The notes beneath the pieces are model-generated. The model was not told the DNA's origin. It did no database searches and saw only the letters and a program-made list of their open reading frames with translations. A program made the position numbers and the translations under genes. From Eledone cirrhosa (lineage: Eukaryota), in the NCBI GenBank assembly GCA_964016885.1, contig OZ024740.1, positions 328,228,001 through 328,292,000 on the forward strand: a stretch of 64,000 nucleotides of DNA, in the 5' to 3' direction. Shown here one piece after another: positions 29,484 to 45,475 of the stretch; within the stretch, counting starts at the first letter, position 1; each line of letters opens with the position of its first letter.

Positions 29484-30815
29484 TGTACCCTAACAGTTGT
29501 CTCACGGTTCACATTACCTTTTCCCATTTCTCACCACACCTTCGCCTTCACCAACACCGGCGGCGGATGTTACTGAAAACAGTACACTGTACCTTCACAC
29601 TTATTCAATTCCTCCGCCGCCACGTCACCACCAACACCAACACCAACACCACAACCATAACCACCTTCTAAGACACCCGCCATATTGAAACCGATGCTTT
29701 ACTTCCTGTTGCCAGGAGGTTAAGGTCTTGGCTAACGTACACACTCCCCACTGTACCATCTGTGAAAGCCAAATACTTTAAAAAAGATATTTCCACAAAT
29801 AAATACTCAAGCATCACACACACATACACCACGCACTTACACACACAAACAGGCGAATAAATACATTTATATAACAAGAGTTATCTTAAGGAATATGTTG
29901 AAATGTATATATATATAAAGTTCATAGAAAAATGGGAAGTTCACAAGAACTAGCTGTTAAAACAGCAGATTGCCCTAAAAATAATAGTATGGAAGTCGGC
30001 TAAAATAGCCCTAAAGACGGAAAATAGCGGCCAATAGCCACTACGAAGAAACAAAATGTTGAGAGATCGGGTGGGTGAAAAGTATAGTTGATTAAGGGAG
30101 GAGTGTGTTGGCATGTAGAAGTGATAAGGAAAGGAAAATAAAAGGAGATTAAAGTTACAAAATTTACAGTACCAAAGCACAGACGGATCTCAACCACATC
30201 AGGTCTCATCTGGCCATATAGTTTCACTTATCCCTCGACCCTTCTCACGCTGCTGCTACATCCGTCCTAAAACTAAAGCTTTCCTTTTACCCTACCGACG
30301 CGATACTAACCTGGCGTATTTGTCTGTCTTTTCTGTTTTGTTTGTTGCCATCACACGCACATGATACCAGCAAACATGTGTAATTCCTGCTGCGCAAGCT
30401 GGCCTAAAATGTTTAGTCTTCTCTTTGTCGTGCGAAACTACATGACCAGATGAGTGTTGATGAGGTTGAGAAGCATCTGCGCATTGTTCTTGTAATTTTT
30501 GTCACTTTAACCTCCACTCATTTAAAAAATTTGGTCACCACTTGTTTTCCTTTTATTCTCCTTTCCTTCTCACTGGTACATGCCAACACACTCTTCTCTT
30601 AATCATCTAAATTTGTCCTCTGCTGCCGAGAAAAGTAGCATAACTGCCAACACCATATCCATAGACTCTGTATAACATTTAGTTAATAATTTAGACAGAA
30701 CTGCTCGTCAATAGGATAACTCTTGTCCTCAGCAGCTTTATCGGAGAGTAATATATGTATGTCACCCTTGGCTCACTGGAACCTCCCCTCTGCCTATGTT
30801 TATTTTTCTTTTTTC

Positions 30816-31816
<1,001 letters not shown>

Positions 31817-32564
31817 ATATATATCCCGAACCTCTTGCCTACCACCCCATTAATCTTTTCCTAACTTTCACGTCACAACTTTCATGTAGCTACTTGTCTC
31901 TCCCTATCCGAAATTACCTGACAAAGGACGTCCGCCGAAACGTAGAACCCTTTTCCACTTCCTAATAAGACTTTGTATTTTTGGTTGGTTGATGACTGTC
32001 AATTTAAATTTCATTAAATTTCCCGCCAGTTCGTTTTCGGAAGTTCTTTCTGTACCTAATCACGTGACAGTCATCAACCAGCCAAATTACATTTAAAAAA
32101 AATAGCAATGTGAGCAACTTTTTTCGTATAAAAGAGAAAGAACTTACGAAAACTAACTAGTTGCGAGACAAACTACAACAGAAACACAAACACTCCACCT
32201 CAATTTTGAAAATCACAAGATCTGTGAAACCGGTAAAGAAAATAAATATTCTTATTTTCAATTTCTTTTCCTTATACTTTTACCCGCGTGGGACATCTTT
32301 TAAAAAACGTCATTTTCTTTCATATATATATATATATATAAATATGTGCGTGTGTGTGTGTGTGAGTATATGTATGTATATATATATATACATGGAGGTA
32401 ATTGACGGTGGTATACAAGCAAAAGGAAATTTATGCTGGTTTTGCTTTGCTGTTATCTTGTTAATTCGAAAAGCTACATTTTCCGGTGATGCATGGAATG
32501 AAAGTATATGAATTTAATCAAATGTTACAGGCTTTTAACTGACTAGGAACATGCATGCAGGTGC

Positions 32565-32596
32565 AAGTAGCAGTAGTGGTAGTAGGAGTGGTGATG

Positions 32597-32654
<58 letters not shown>

Positions 32655-32833
32655 CAATAGTAGTAGTAGTGGTTGTGGTGATGGTAGTAGTAGTAGTAAT
32701 AGTAGTAGTTGTAGTGGTGGTAGTAGTAGTAATAGTAGTAGTAGTAGTAGCAGTAGTAGTAGTAGTAGTTATGGTAGTAGTAGTTGTAGTGGTAGTAGTA
32801 GTAGTAGTAATAGTAGTAGTTGTAGTGGTGGTG

Positions 32834-32879
<46 letters not shown>

Positions 32880-32897
32880 CAGTAATAGCTGTAGTAG
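32565..32897. repeat. (TAG/TGG)n trinucleotide tract
   Basis: Directly visible. Confidence 0.95.
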
Positions 32898-33138
32898 AAC
32901 TATGTATATATCAGTTGTGGTAATGGTTTTTATTGGAAGTGTTGTGGAAATCGGGTGCAAAGTGTTAAGTGTCCTTTCGTACGGTAGGAGTACAAGAGGT
33001 GAATGTGATACGCGATTATGATGTTGGTATTGGTGAAATATTGGTAGACATGGCAAATAAACAAGAATGCAATATATTTCTTCCGAAGAGAATCCGTCTG
33101 ATGTACGTTTATACATTAGATTTACATATATACTGTGT

Positions 33139-33292
<154 letters not shown>

Positions 33293-33421
33293 CACACATG
33301 CGCGCAGACACACACTCACACACATACATACATACATACATACATACATACATACATACATACATACATACATACATACACACACATATACATACATTCA
33401 TACACACACATAGATACATAT

Positions 33422-33921
33422 ATGATGGCTGCAAACTCTGCTAAGAGTATTGCAATCGCTTGTCAGATTACAGAAAATGGTACACTTTTAGGGTACAGCC
33501 AGCCACACGAACCTGTAACAACCTGAGCAAGCAATGCCTGTGCTTTGAAGGTTTTTTTAAAGTGGGAAAAGGCCTTGTACTCGACCAATACCACTCCCTG
33601 AGCATCAAAAACACTACCCGAGAAGGAGACCAGGTCAACATCATCGGATGCTTCCGAAGCCGCAGGTTTTTTTTCAGGGAGGTGACAACTGGGGACCTTT
33701 CAATCCCAGGTGGAAAAAAAAGTACTATTTGGATGGCCGTTGACTCTGCTGAGTTCCTCCTCCCTTTGCCGGATCTTGTATTTCATCCCGCAGGGTGTCC
33801 AAATATCACCCTCCTCACCAAGTAATCTTGGTGGGGTTGCCGGTTTAGTCGCCGAAGATCCGACCATGAGACTGGTTGTGCTGGGTTACATGTTACCAAT
33901 AGCACCCGAGAGTGACCTGAC
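33422..33921 (-). mobile_element. Diverged non-autonomous RTE derivative
   Basis: Reverse complement shares the head (GTCAGGTCAC...GGCGACTAAAC), the middle (GAGTGG, GCACAGGCATTGC) and the end GCAGCCATCAT + (ATGT)n. Confidence 0.75.
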
Positions 33922-34169
33922 ATACATAATACATGCATACACTCATACATACACACATACATGCATACATGCATACATACAAACATACATACATGGTCCC
34001 GTAACTCCCGTGGGAATTCTAGGGGCGTCGTATTGATACACGGCGTTTCTAAGGCCTTTTAAAAGCTGGCGGAGTCCATCTTCTCTCCAGGTTTGAATAC
34101 AACAGATTTCTTCTAGAAATGGATAGAGAGAATGAGCGAGTGGAAGTTAGAAAGAGATATATAGGAAGA

Positions 34170-34328
34170 AACAACCCCAGTACTAGACTAATACTTTTTT
34201 ATCGACCTGGAATGGATAAAAGGCAAGGTTGATATCGGTGGGATTTGAACTAAGAGAGGAGAGAGTCGAAACGAATACTGCAAAACATTCTATCCGACGT
34301 TCTAACGACTGTGCCAATTTGCCGCCTT
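34170..34328 (-). mobile_element. Diverged tRNA-derived SINE (another at 34880-35040 +)
   Basis: ATCGACC..GGATAAAAGGCAAGGTT..GGGATTTGAAC. Confidence 0.7.
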
Positions 34329-37300
34329 CACATACATGAATACTTGAAAGTTGGCTGAAAAGTTCATAGACTGACCACGATACACTTTTGGAATGACCAA
34401 ACGAGGTTTATTTTTCATCATAGTTCCTAGAAAGTAAAAATACAGTTATTAATAAAAAGAGTTGAAATTAATACATTCAAGATTTCAGAATTCTAGTATC
34501 ATTCCTTCATAATCAGTGTATGATGTTTTTAGCCTATCCTTGTACACTCAAACAGACAAACATACATATATGCATGCATTAATAGATACATACATACACA
34601 CATACATACAAATATACATACACACATAATACAAACATACATACACACATACAAACATACATGCATGCAAGCATTAATACATACATAGACACATACATAT
34701 AAATATACATACACATATTACATACAAAAAAACATACATACATGGCCTTGTGCCTATAGTAGAAATCATACATAAATACATACACTCACACACACCCGTA
34801 TTGTTCGATTACCACATAAAAGTGTTCTATACACTCTTACATTAGATCTGGGTTGTGATTAACATATGTTTGTCAGGTGAGGTTGTTAGATGACACGACA
34901 ATGTTCTGCAGTATTTCCTTTGACTCTTTACAGTCTGAGTTCAAATCTTACCAAGATCAATATTGTTTTTGTTCTTTTTATATTTTTGAAGTCGATAAAA
35001 TAAACACCAATCAAGATCTCCGTCGTCAATTTAATCGATACCTTCACCAAAAGTGACGCTATTTAGTCCGAGATCAAGAGGTGGATTCCTTGCCGTGACA
35101 CGAACTTTGACTGTGGATCCCTTAACAGAAAACATCGATATCAGTGTGAACATCTGTAGATTGAGGCCTGGAGATAATTCATAACACTGGCGGGGAGGAA
35201 GAGTGAATTCTAGAAGGTTCTGAATAGAAATGGTTGTGGAAAGAGTATTTAGTGGGATAAGATAAGTAGGATTAAAGAGTGGAATTGAGTGGGTGTGTCA
35301 GGATGATTTCATTCGGGCGGGGGAAGTTGAATGCAGAGAATTTTAGTTTATAAGCTGTTGGCACAGTAATAAAAGGAAGCAAATAGTGATGATGATGATG
35401 ATGGGGATGATGATGATGATGATGATGATGAGGATCATGGTGATGTTAATGACAATGATTGTGATGATGACGGCATTGATATGATAATTAAGATGATGAT
35501 GATGATCAACATCCGACCGCATCGGTAGAAACATTTTGTAAAGATATTCAGTGAGAACAAAATTACTTTTACCCTTTATATATAGTCACGTTTAAGTTTG
35601 GAAATAATGAGATTTTAAATTGCCTAGCATGCCAAACAAAAAAAAAACAAAACAAAAAAAAAATAACAAAAAAAAAACAGGATCAAAATATATGGGAAAT
35701 AGGAAAAAAACATGGGTTAGGAAGATATTGTTGCTGTTGTAGTTGTGTGTGTGTAAGGATGTGTGGGGATATTTAAAAAAAGCTTTTGTTAATGTTGATT
35801 AATTCCAAGTCAGCGCTGATTAAACAGATCCACCATCTGTGACCATTCTCTCTCTTATTCAGACAATATGTATCCAGAAACAAAATATTCAATGTCTTTG
35901 TATAACAATTATTTCACTCCAGTATAATCCGATAATCGTTTCTGTCTTGTCCACTGTATAATCTTTACCAGACTAAAAATAAAACAGAATAAAAAAAAAA
36001 CGACAAGAATATCAGACCAGACACAATGTCTTGGTCGCAGTAAAGATGAGGTTACACTTCCGCCACTGATGACCTTTTTAGCTACATTATTCGTAACATA
36101 TGATAAGTCTATATGCATTTTAGGAGAGGTGATTTCTAACATTTCGAGAAAAATCGTTTAATCGGAATATGGTATTTTCCTTTGCCTTTTAGTTATGGTA
36201 GACGCCGTGAAAAGAACATCATTCTACAGTCTTATAAGAGTAAGATCAGTAACACATTTTAGATATATCAAATGTAAAAATATTAATATGAAATCTTTGA
36301 ATTCAATGAACTAAAGCGAAATCCTTCACCAAATTTTAAGCAGGGATTAAACATGTTTTTCCCTCTTATAAACACCAATGTTTCAATATCAAATGGATTT
36401 ATTCTAATTAAGAGATACTATCTTAAAGTAGAGGCACTTAGAGCTGTTTTGCAACGTATTAATTAGTCATTCAATATCTTAATTAAAAGAACAGCGTAGA
36501 TCATGAAGCGATAACGACTCATTAAAAACTAATTTTAGATGAAATATGTTTGCAAAGCTTCCGACTAAGTTGAAAACGGAAACGACCATAAAATATTATT
36601 TAAATAGATTGAAACTATAGCAGGGTCATAAAATAGGGTAAGGGTAAAGGAGACTGAAAGGTAGCAGGTGTGTAAGTCAGTGAGAAAGTAGCAGTGCCGC
36701 AAAACATACTGAGAGTCCATTAGTGTCGTAAAATAGAGTTAGAAAATAGCAAATGCAATGAAATCAACAAAATATGTCCAAAGAGGAAGCTCATACATAG
36801 TTGTTAGATCTGTTAAAAATAGTAGCTTGAGTTGTCAGTTTTGTCACAGGTCCTATATTCGGATCAACGACGCGCTAAAATGCAGCATTATTTTGTAAAA
36901 GTCACTGAAAATCTTCGTTAATATGAAATATTAAAAACATTGAACAAGCTTTGGTTAAGTTGTAAATATTGCTGCTAATCTTTTCTGCTGGAGTCAGATT
37001 ATAGGTATCTATCGTTCCTATTTTCTGCAAGATATCCTTCAGTGATTTGTAACTAAAAGTGTATTTTATCATAAAGGTTTAGACCCTATTTTATGGATAA
37101 CATTTCTCTTGCAGCTTTTAAATTCATACAATTGCATAATTTTAAATGAAGAATTTTCATGATTCTAAAATGTCTTTCCACATCAATATTTGAATGCAAT
37201 ATTTAATGCTTTTCACGTATTTCGCTGTCTGCATATTGAGGAAATTTACATTGATATAGTTCATACTCAAGTTGAAAATTCTAGGTAGACTTAAGTTTTT

Positions 37301-38762
37301 TCCCTGCTCTAAGAATAACTGAACTCAGGAAATCTATAAGATATTGTGGATCACTGAATACTTTAACCTGCACACTTGTAATGGAGCCTCAAAACTCGGC
37401 AAAAATGGTACAGTTGTCACGAAGCATAGAATATGAAATTTTAGCTGTATAGCGTCTTTAAACATTTCTATGCTAAAATAGTAGTTCAACCTACTGCTCA
37501 AAAGGTTCTTATAAGAGAAACTTCAATTGAGAACCATCTAGTTAGATGTATTAGGTGAGATAAACTTTAGCAGTAACTTACCGTCGCAATAATTGCTCAT
37601 ATTTCATCTGGTGGTGGGATAGAAGATGTGAATGCCAGTTATACGCTCCAAATTTGATGAGTTGTGATCTCATGGATACAGAGTTTCCTTGGTCTGATTT
37701 GGCGATTGGTTCCTTTCCTTTTTAAACAAATATTTGTCATGATTGTTAATTTGATAATTTTTTTTCATTTTTCTGTCCGATTTTTTTCTTACTTTGCTCG
37801 AAACAAGGAGAGGTGGAGTCACCACCCTAACACCCCCACATCAGATACGTACGCCTATGAATGCAGCTTATCTGTAGTCTCTTACTATCTTTTATTACAT
37901 GTCAGACGTGATTAAGGTGAAACCTTACAAATATTAAATCAAAACATTGTTGTTTACTTGATACACATATCTTTTGATGAGAATTCAGAGAGATTCAAAA
38001 TTAGATTGAAGATATTTATCATTTTTATATCTCGATGAAATACGTAATTTTGGTATATTTTCATGTCTCAATACTGAATATCTAAATTCATATACTCAGT
38101 CTCGATTAACTCTATACTATATTTATATATAGATATAAATGTATCATATGCTTCGGCTACTTAACCTACAATTTGATACATAAAAAAAATTAACTACTAA
38201 ACACGTGTGCTAATAATATACGAGTTAGTACGACCATTTCAGTGATACAGATGTAAGTGTTATAACTCTAAGTGTTAGATGTATAGGTGATACATTTTAG
38301 CAGTAACTTACAGTCGTTTATTGTGAGCAATATACAATTATATATAAGTACCCCTTCCCCATTTGCACATTTCCATGTCGTTGTTTACTGATATACATAT
38401 TTTCTGATGAGGACCACAAAAGATTAAAAATCGATTTAAGATATTTATAATTTTGTTTTGCACTTTACAGAGAAATACGTAAATTTGACATATTTACATA
38501 TCTAAATACTCAATGTTAAAATTATATACACATTTACGCAGTCTCAGTTACCTATATTCTATTGTACATATGCATATAGATAGATAGGTAGATACATACA
38601 TGCATACATACATACATGCATACATACATACATACATACACACTTAGCGTGCTTATTTTGGTACCACCAGCAGTAATTCACTGAATCGCATACACTATAT
38701 ATTACTCTATTAATGTATTACGTGTTCCAACCGACAGGCTGAGGCCATACTGGGGCACCATC

Positions 38763-38811
<49 letters not shown>

Positions 38812-39059
38812 TATATATATATTTTTTTTTTCAATCACATATTTTTTTATTTGTTTGACCCGAATTACTTGGTCGTTTCTATGGCTGTGCGGATGACGGT
38901 TTAACCATCGTCTCAGTGTGTTTGGCCTTTAACGTATGTTGTAGCTCTGGTTCGTCAGAATTATTGAGCGCTTGCCACACATCTCGGAAGTTGTTTTTCG
39001 CTAATTCCAAAGCCGAAATACGATTCTCGCTAATTTATATTTGTATATATATATATATA

Positions 39060-40215
39060 GTAATAATAATAAATTTGAAGACTAAAATCCAAAGAGGGCT
39101 CGATAAGGATAAATATATATCAAATATATAAGAACCACAGAGGCAATATTTATTAAAATAACAGATTAAAGTTTCAGCAAAGAATCGCTGCTTTCACCCT
39201 TAACGGGATCTTCTGAAACTAACAAAGTCAATCTGTGAACACAGAAGTGAATATTTCAAAAAACGTTGCAACCGGAGGAAGACAGGAAGACGTTACTTTG
39301 GTTCGTGGAAACGTTCCCTGGCAAAGAACGGGAAAAAACGAATATAATACGTCATTATTTGGAGCGGTGAAAAACAATTACATGCAAAGACAAAACCACG
39401 TTTATGGTATAAAAGAAGTCGTAGACTAATATTCTATTAGGTGGTTCATAGAGACTTTCTCTGGCAATGAACGGAAAAAACGAAGATAATACGTCATATG
39501 TGGAGCGTGGAGAACAATTGCACGCAAAGACAAAACCACGTAAATGGTATAACTGAAGTCGTAGACTAAAATTCTAACCAGGAAACCGAATGATTCTCGG
39601 CTTCAGAGTTAAGAATAAAGTAAATAAAAAACAAAAAAAACAGAGGTAATTGAAATTAAATAAATACAATCACGCATACATATACGTACATACACAAGCA
39701 TACGCGAAAACACTCGCCATAGGTATACAAATACACGCATATATATAGATGTGTGTGCGCGCGCGTGTATACAAATAATTAAATAAACATATATAAATAA
39801 ATAAATACGTATATAACAAGCGCACACACATACCTACATGTAAATACACATATGTTCCGAGACGTACGTCAACCAAAACACGAAGTACACATATACACAC
39901 ACCCTACACACGTACGAATCCGCATACTCACACAGACGCAAAACTCACGTATACACATAACCAAAAGCATATGTACCAGAATATATAAAATATACGCCAT
40001 AACATATACAATCAAATATACGTACGAGAAAGTATACGTACCTTCACAAAACATACAGGTAATATATACTTACCTATTCAAATAAGTAATGGTATAAACA
40101 GAACATATACTTAACTACATATACTTAGATTGACTTTGTTAGTTTCAGGAGATCCCGTTAAGGGTGAAAGCAGCGATTCTTTGCTTAAACTTTAATCTGT
40201 TATTTTAATAAATAT
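39060..40215 (-). mobile_element. Inverted-repeat (TA)n-flanked element, family C (short copy at 27334-27563)
   Basis: Inverted repeat about 39146-39234 / 40127-40215, internal ~130-bp direct repeat (39310-39440 / 39455-39578), tail CGAGCCCTCTT.GGATTTTAGT shared with 27520-27545. Confidence 0.7.
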
Positions 40216-40527
40216 ATATATATATAATCGATAGTCGATTCTCTTAACGAGTGGAATGGAGCTCGTCAAATCAGACCGAGGAAGCACTGTTTCCATTGAT
40301 CTTTCCAATTGCTAATACTATTTGTTGGTCGCAACTCCAGGCAGAAATATATATATATACATACAATACATATATATAAGAATGAGTCAGAACCCCAACG
40401 GCTGAGCTCTTGCCATTTCAGCAGCTAGTTCCTGACAGGAACTAGCTATTGAAACGTCACGAGCTCAGCTATCAGGGTCGTGACTCATTTATATATATAT
40501 ACGCACGCACGCGTGTGTGAGCATGTA

Positions 40528-40651
40528 CAGGGTGGCCCAAAAGTCGCGATTCATAAAAAAATAATTTCGTTTTATAAGAATCAATTTATTCCAAAAAGTA
40601 TAAAAATAAAACATAATTATTTTTGTGTATTATGACTTTTGGGTCACCCTA
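40528..40651. mobile_element. Tc1/mariner micro-MITE
   Basis: TA|CAGGGTGGCCCAAAAGTC ... GACTTTTGGGTCACCCTA|TA. Confidence 0.65.
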
Positions 40652-40664
40652 TATATGCAAGCAC

Positions 40665-40780
<116 letters not shown>

Positions 40781-41339
40781 TATATATGCGTGTGTACTTG
40801 TGTGTATGCGTGTGAGTAAGTATTACTGAATATTGTCTTACTGGGTTCCAGTTTTAACTTGAGAGCTGAGTGTTTCATTATGTCATAAAGTTAAGCGGAT
40901 ATTATCATAGCGACTTGGAAAAAAGAAAAACAAAACAATAGTGGAAAAGTTATCCCAGTGTTTATACATCTGCGTATTGCTACACGAAAAGAACCTTTTA
41001 GACATTTAAGTGATCTAATGGGTTATACGAATACGCATTTAACTGGTTAAATGCATTACTTTAGTTATTAATAATAACAACCTGGAAAAGAAAAATCATT
41101 GGATATTTTTCATAATAGAAAATATGTCTTTCAAAAATAGACTACAACCTAACTAAATGGAAAATGCATATTTCTCACACCGCTGAATCTATGAGGCCTA
41201 CTGTTTCAAACAAACAATAAAGGACTGTTATATGAAACAATCTCTTCAAAAGCTAAAGATTCCACTAATACCACCTCTGCACCAACCTCATCATCCTCTG
41301 CAGCTATTTCATAACCAACATTAAAGTCTCCGAAGAGGC

Positions 41340-41815
41340 GGATATCATCATCCTTGAGCTTATGCATTTAAAGACGAAGTAGCGTTGGACAAAGTATGTT
41401 GTCCAATATGAAAGATCATCGGTTGTCTAAGATTGTGTTGTACGGCGAAATATACATTGGCTATAATGACAGAATGATTCCGATCTAAATGTACAAAACT
41501 CTCTGAATAAAGTCATTAGGTGTGTTACATTAGTCTTTGAGTGCAAGGTAACATATTTTCTGATTGCGTGAACATTTATCAGCTTGTCTTTTTTTTTCGA
41601 GAATGCTCGTAGAGCTGGTCTTGAGGCAAAATGAAAGAGATATAGAGAGAACCATAATACGTCAGTACAAATCCCAGAAATGAATTTCCCTTGGAACCAC
41701 TGTGACCACGTCTACATGTCCTGTATTGGTCACTTCAGTCACTAGAGAGCCTGCAATAGATGTGGATAACTTCCCAAATATTCATTCGTAAAGACAAGCC
41801 ATGATGATGATGAAT
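41340..41815 (+). pseudogene. Decayed RTE LINE 3' end
   Basis: LKTK*RWT, MKDHRLSKIVLYGE, CDHVYMSCIGHFSH zinc-finger remnant, ending AAGCC(ATG)n. Confidence 0.65.
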
Positions 41816-41996
41816 ATATATATATAAATTGGCAGTAACATTAAGACAGTATTTAAACATAATGGGGGTACATATGTAAGCATATACTATATGTTTATAT
41901 ACAATATACATATGGTAACCTTGCTATCAAAGAAAAAATATATTTTCCAAACGGAAAGAGTATTTAGTATATGCATGCATATACACTCCTATTACA

Positions 41997-42054
<58 letters not shown>

Positions 42055-43984
42055 TCTGTGAGAATATCTCAATTTCTATGAAGCATTGGGACATTTTTAT
42101 GCATATATGTAAACGTATCTCTAGAGATGATCACCTACAAGTGTGCACAGTATCATTTTAAATCCTGTTAAATTATTTCACGTAGCAGTATTTATGTCTA
42201 AAGAAAACTCTAATAAAGTTTTCAAGTATTTAAATTGAAACTTAATCTGCGTTTTAATTTTCCTCTGTAAAATATAAGTGAATATAATCAGAAAATTGAG
42301 ACTTTAGAAATAAGAAGCCATCTCACTGCAGGAAGTCATGAAGACATGTATCAAATGGAATGAACTATCGAAACACAGTGGATCTCCTACTTTACAGTAA
42401 TGTCTGGCTTGTGTTCGTTTCTCAATTATTTGTTTAAATAGCTGGTATCGTTATTAAAACGGCTCAAATTGTGAGAGGTTTACTATACATGACATACATT
42501 TCCTTTAAATGAGCCACACGAAGGAGCAACACGTGATCACTTAATCTGCTAGAATTAGCAGTCAAAATTATTTTCAATCATTTCCTAGCGTCTTAAATAA
42601 AGACAGGATGGTCACGACCTGAACGCTTTTGATCATAGGTATGTTCGGTCAGGGCTGACTTGGGACTTTAACATCAACAACTACCTTACTATGGAGATTA
42701 AGAAAGAGAAAAATAATAAATTTCAAAGTTACTTCAGAACAAAATCTGTAGTGATTAGAAAGCGAAACGTTTGTACCCCGACAAGGATCGTTTACTCTAA
42801 ATTACTATACGTAGACTGTAAAATTAGGTATTATGAGGCTATAAAAGTTAGTGCATAGTATAGGAAACAGCATAATTAAATAATGTTTCACTAGCTTGTA
42901 ATTGAGCTCATATGGATTTGCCAGAACTTATCCCAGTGTAACTAACCATAATTTTCGAATTGACCCTGAAAATGAAGTCTTCCTCGGTCTACCAGTAACT
43001 TAATAATCTATGGATCATTACGTTACTCATTAAATATTTAGGGAAAGGAAACATTCAATTACTGTTTTTAGAAGCACACTTGTTGATGGAAACTGTTTAT
43101 TTGTTCTCCAGATATCAAATATTTTACGTCGATTTGGAATACAAGATCTTTAGGATACCGAATGATAAATCTAGGAGTGACACTCGTATCTTAACATTTT
43201 ATAATTAATAAAAAAAATCCTTAAATCAATGAGAGATACAGATGTTGAAGGCTCTTAAATTACAATCCTCCACCACTACCACCATCTCTACTGAAACCCT
43301 GCCACAACATAGAAAAGCTAATATGAGTTATGTTAGCTCAGTAGTAATTTCCAACATTCAATCGTATCCCTATGCTTTCACCTTAATCAAGAGTAGATCT
43401 AAGAAAAGACTCATAACAATATGATAATGGCAGGCAATACTTAAATTATTCCATGTAAGATTTTAATGTTCATAAGTCTTTTATTCAATTTCGATTTACA
43501 GGTTTAACCACTTCATATCAACTTTCATTCATCACTTATGACCCTCAAAACAAGAAACAAAAGCCTTATACGATATCAAATCCCTTTCCGTATATTCGTT
43601 TTGTATTCAATATCTAACCCAAATAAACGTGTCTGTTGACGTACAGAGAAGAAAGGATTATTATGCTATTGTATATAGTAATATACTACGGTCATTACGC
43701 TAGATTAACTAACCTACACTGATTGCTTACGAGGCTCAGTTCAACCAATTTTCATGTAGCTGTACTAAATTTACCGGAAATTTTTTTTTAACAATCAGTG
43801 AAAAACTTAACTCTTATTCAATAAATACAATACTATACGAGATAATTACCAGATCCAGGGAATTATATAATATTTATACTTCTATTCACTAAAGATCGCC
43901 GAAATACCTCAAGAAAGATGGTGAGAAAATCCAATAAGTTACTGGATATCTGTAACACCTAAATTATCAATATACTAAAAAAAA

Positions 43985-44415
43985 AAAAATTTCTTTATTG
44001 AAAATGCCCAGCTTAAGAGAACTTTTAAAAAAAATATATACAATTTTATTTATGGAATATATCATGTAAATACAGTTTAATAGAAAAAGAAAAAAAAAGA
44101 AAATATAGATTGAGAAGAATGGAATGTAAAATAGGAAAATATAAAGTAAAAGAGAAAAAGAAAAAAATGAAAGAGGAGGGAATGGCAAGGACTCTAGTGT
44201 CACAGAATAATGGGGAAGGGGGAGGATGATTGGGCTCTGGGCCTAGGGCGCGGTGGTAGAACGGCTGCGCCCCGCGGACAAGACTGCAAAGGCATTCGCG
44301 CGGACAATGGCCAGCGACACCCGCTGCAACAGCCACCCACATCGCGGGGCTCCTTCCTCAGACAAACTGCTGACGTTCCGATCTTGTGGAGGAGCTTGAC
44401 TGTACGGAGTCCATT
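43985..44415 (-). pseudogene. 3' fragment of a CRE-clade (RLE) LINE
   Basis: GC-rich island encoding GLRTVKLLHKIG..KEPRD then (frameshift) WLLQRVSLAIVRANAFAVL, matching the CRE C-terminal FQRxSxAxxRGNA motif. AATAAA near 43995 on the minus strand. Confidence 0.65.
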
Positions 44416-44669
44416 TAATGTAAGAAAATAATATTACACATGTAAAGGCATGTAATACAAAAGCAGGCACGACTACATCGTTAAAAATTTCGCTTGGCAG
44501 ACATGGTTTAGGGTTGGTTCCCAATGAGCTGTATCTTCGACAAGTAACTTCTATAATTTCGAGTTGAGGAATTTGGTAGACACACATTGTGCTGAAGTAC
44601 GTTGTGTTTATATATATATATATAGTAAGATGTTCGCTCGTAATAGGTACTACTACTACTACTACTACT

Positions 44670-45029
44670 TTCTTATTTAGGCACAAGGCCATCAATTTTG
44701 GAGGAGGGAAAAGTCGATTAAATCGAGCCCAGTGCGCAACTGGTACTTTATTTTATCGACTCCGTAAGGATGAAAGGCAAAGAAAGCCTCGGCGGGATTT
44801 GAACTCAGAAAGTAAAGGGCCATTACTCTATGCTGCAAAGCAGGGTGTCCGAAACGCTCTACTGATACTGCCAATCTACCGAATAATGATTGTTTTTACT
44901 TTTGGCACAAGGCCAGCATTACAGTGCATTACTGGTACCTTATTTTAACCTCGGCAGGATTTGAACTCAGATCATAAAGGGAGGTAACTCTATGCTTCAA
45001 AGCATGGCGTCCGACCCTCTACCAATACT
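44670..45029 (-). mobile_element. Two tandem SINE copies
   Basis: Same family; the second copy is internally deleted. Confidence 0.85.
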
Positions 45030-45433
45030 AAATATTTAAATATATATATATATATGTGCGTGTGTGTATGTGTGCGTGTGTGAGAGAGAGGGAGAGAGAG
45101 ATCTTATTGGACCCTCATCAGGAGCCATGTATATTATCCAATCAACCACAAGGAAACATATTTGATGGGTGTATATACCCATTCGATCTTAGTATTTTTC
45201 TGAAATTAACACTTCTGTTGGTTATTAATTAAGGTATATACTAAGATGTACGCTAGTAACCGAAGTCTATGATAAAGTTATATCTGTATAAGTACAGAGT
45301 GTGCACCAGAGACAACACCAACGTGTATAAATATATACACAAAAATAGTATGTAGGCATGTACATATGCCAAAAAATACCTCTGTAAATTGAAAAAATAC
45401 CTCTGTAAATTGAAAAAAGAAAAATGCTAAACA

Positions 45434-45475
45434 CTTTAAGTCGATTTTCGGATCTTATTGGGCTCTCATCAGAAG
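45434..45475 (-). ncRNA. Type I hammerhead motif in a ~355-bp tandem unit
   Basis: Reverse complement CTT-CTGATGA-GAGCCCAATAAGATCC-GAAAATCGACTT-A-AAG. Sister copies at about 45100, 38404, 37975 and 19900. Confidence 0.55.

Noticed and set aside
32551-33021. Ser/Gly-rich 156-aa ORF
   Set aside because: (TAG/TGG)n repeat read in a stop-free frame.
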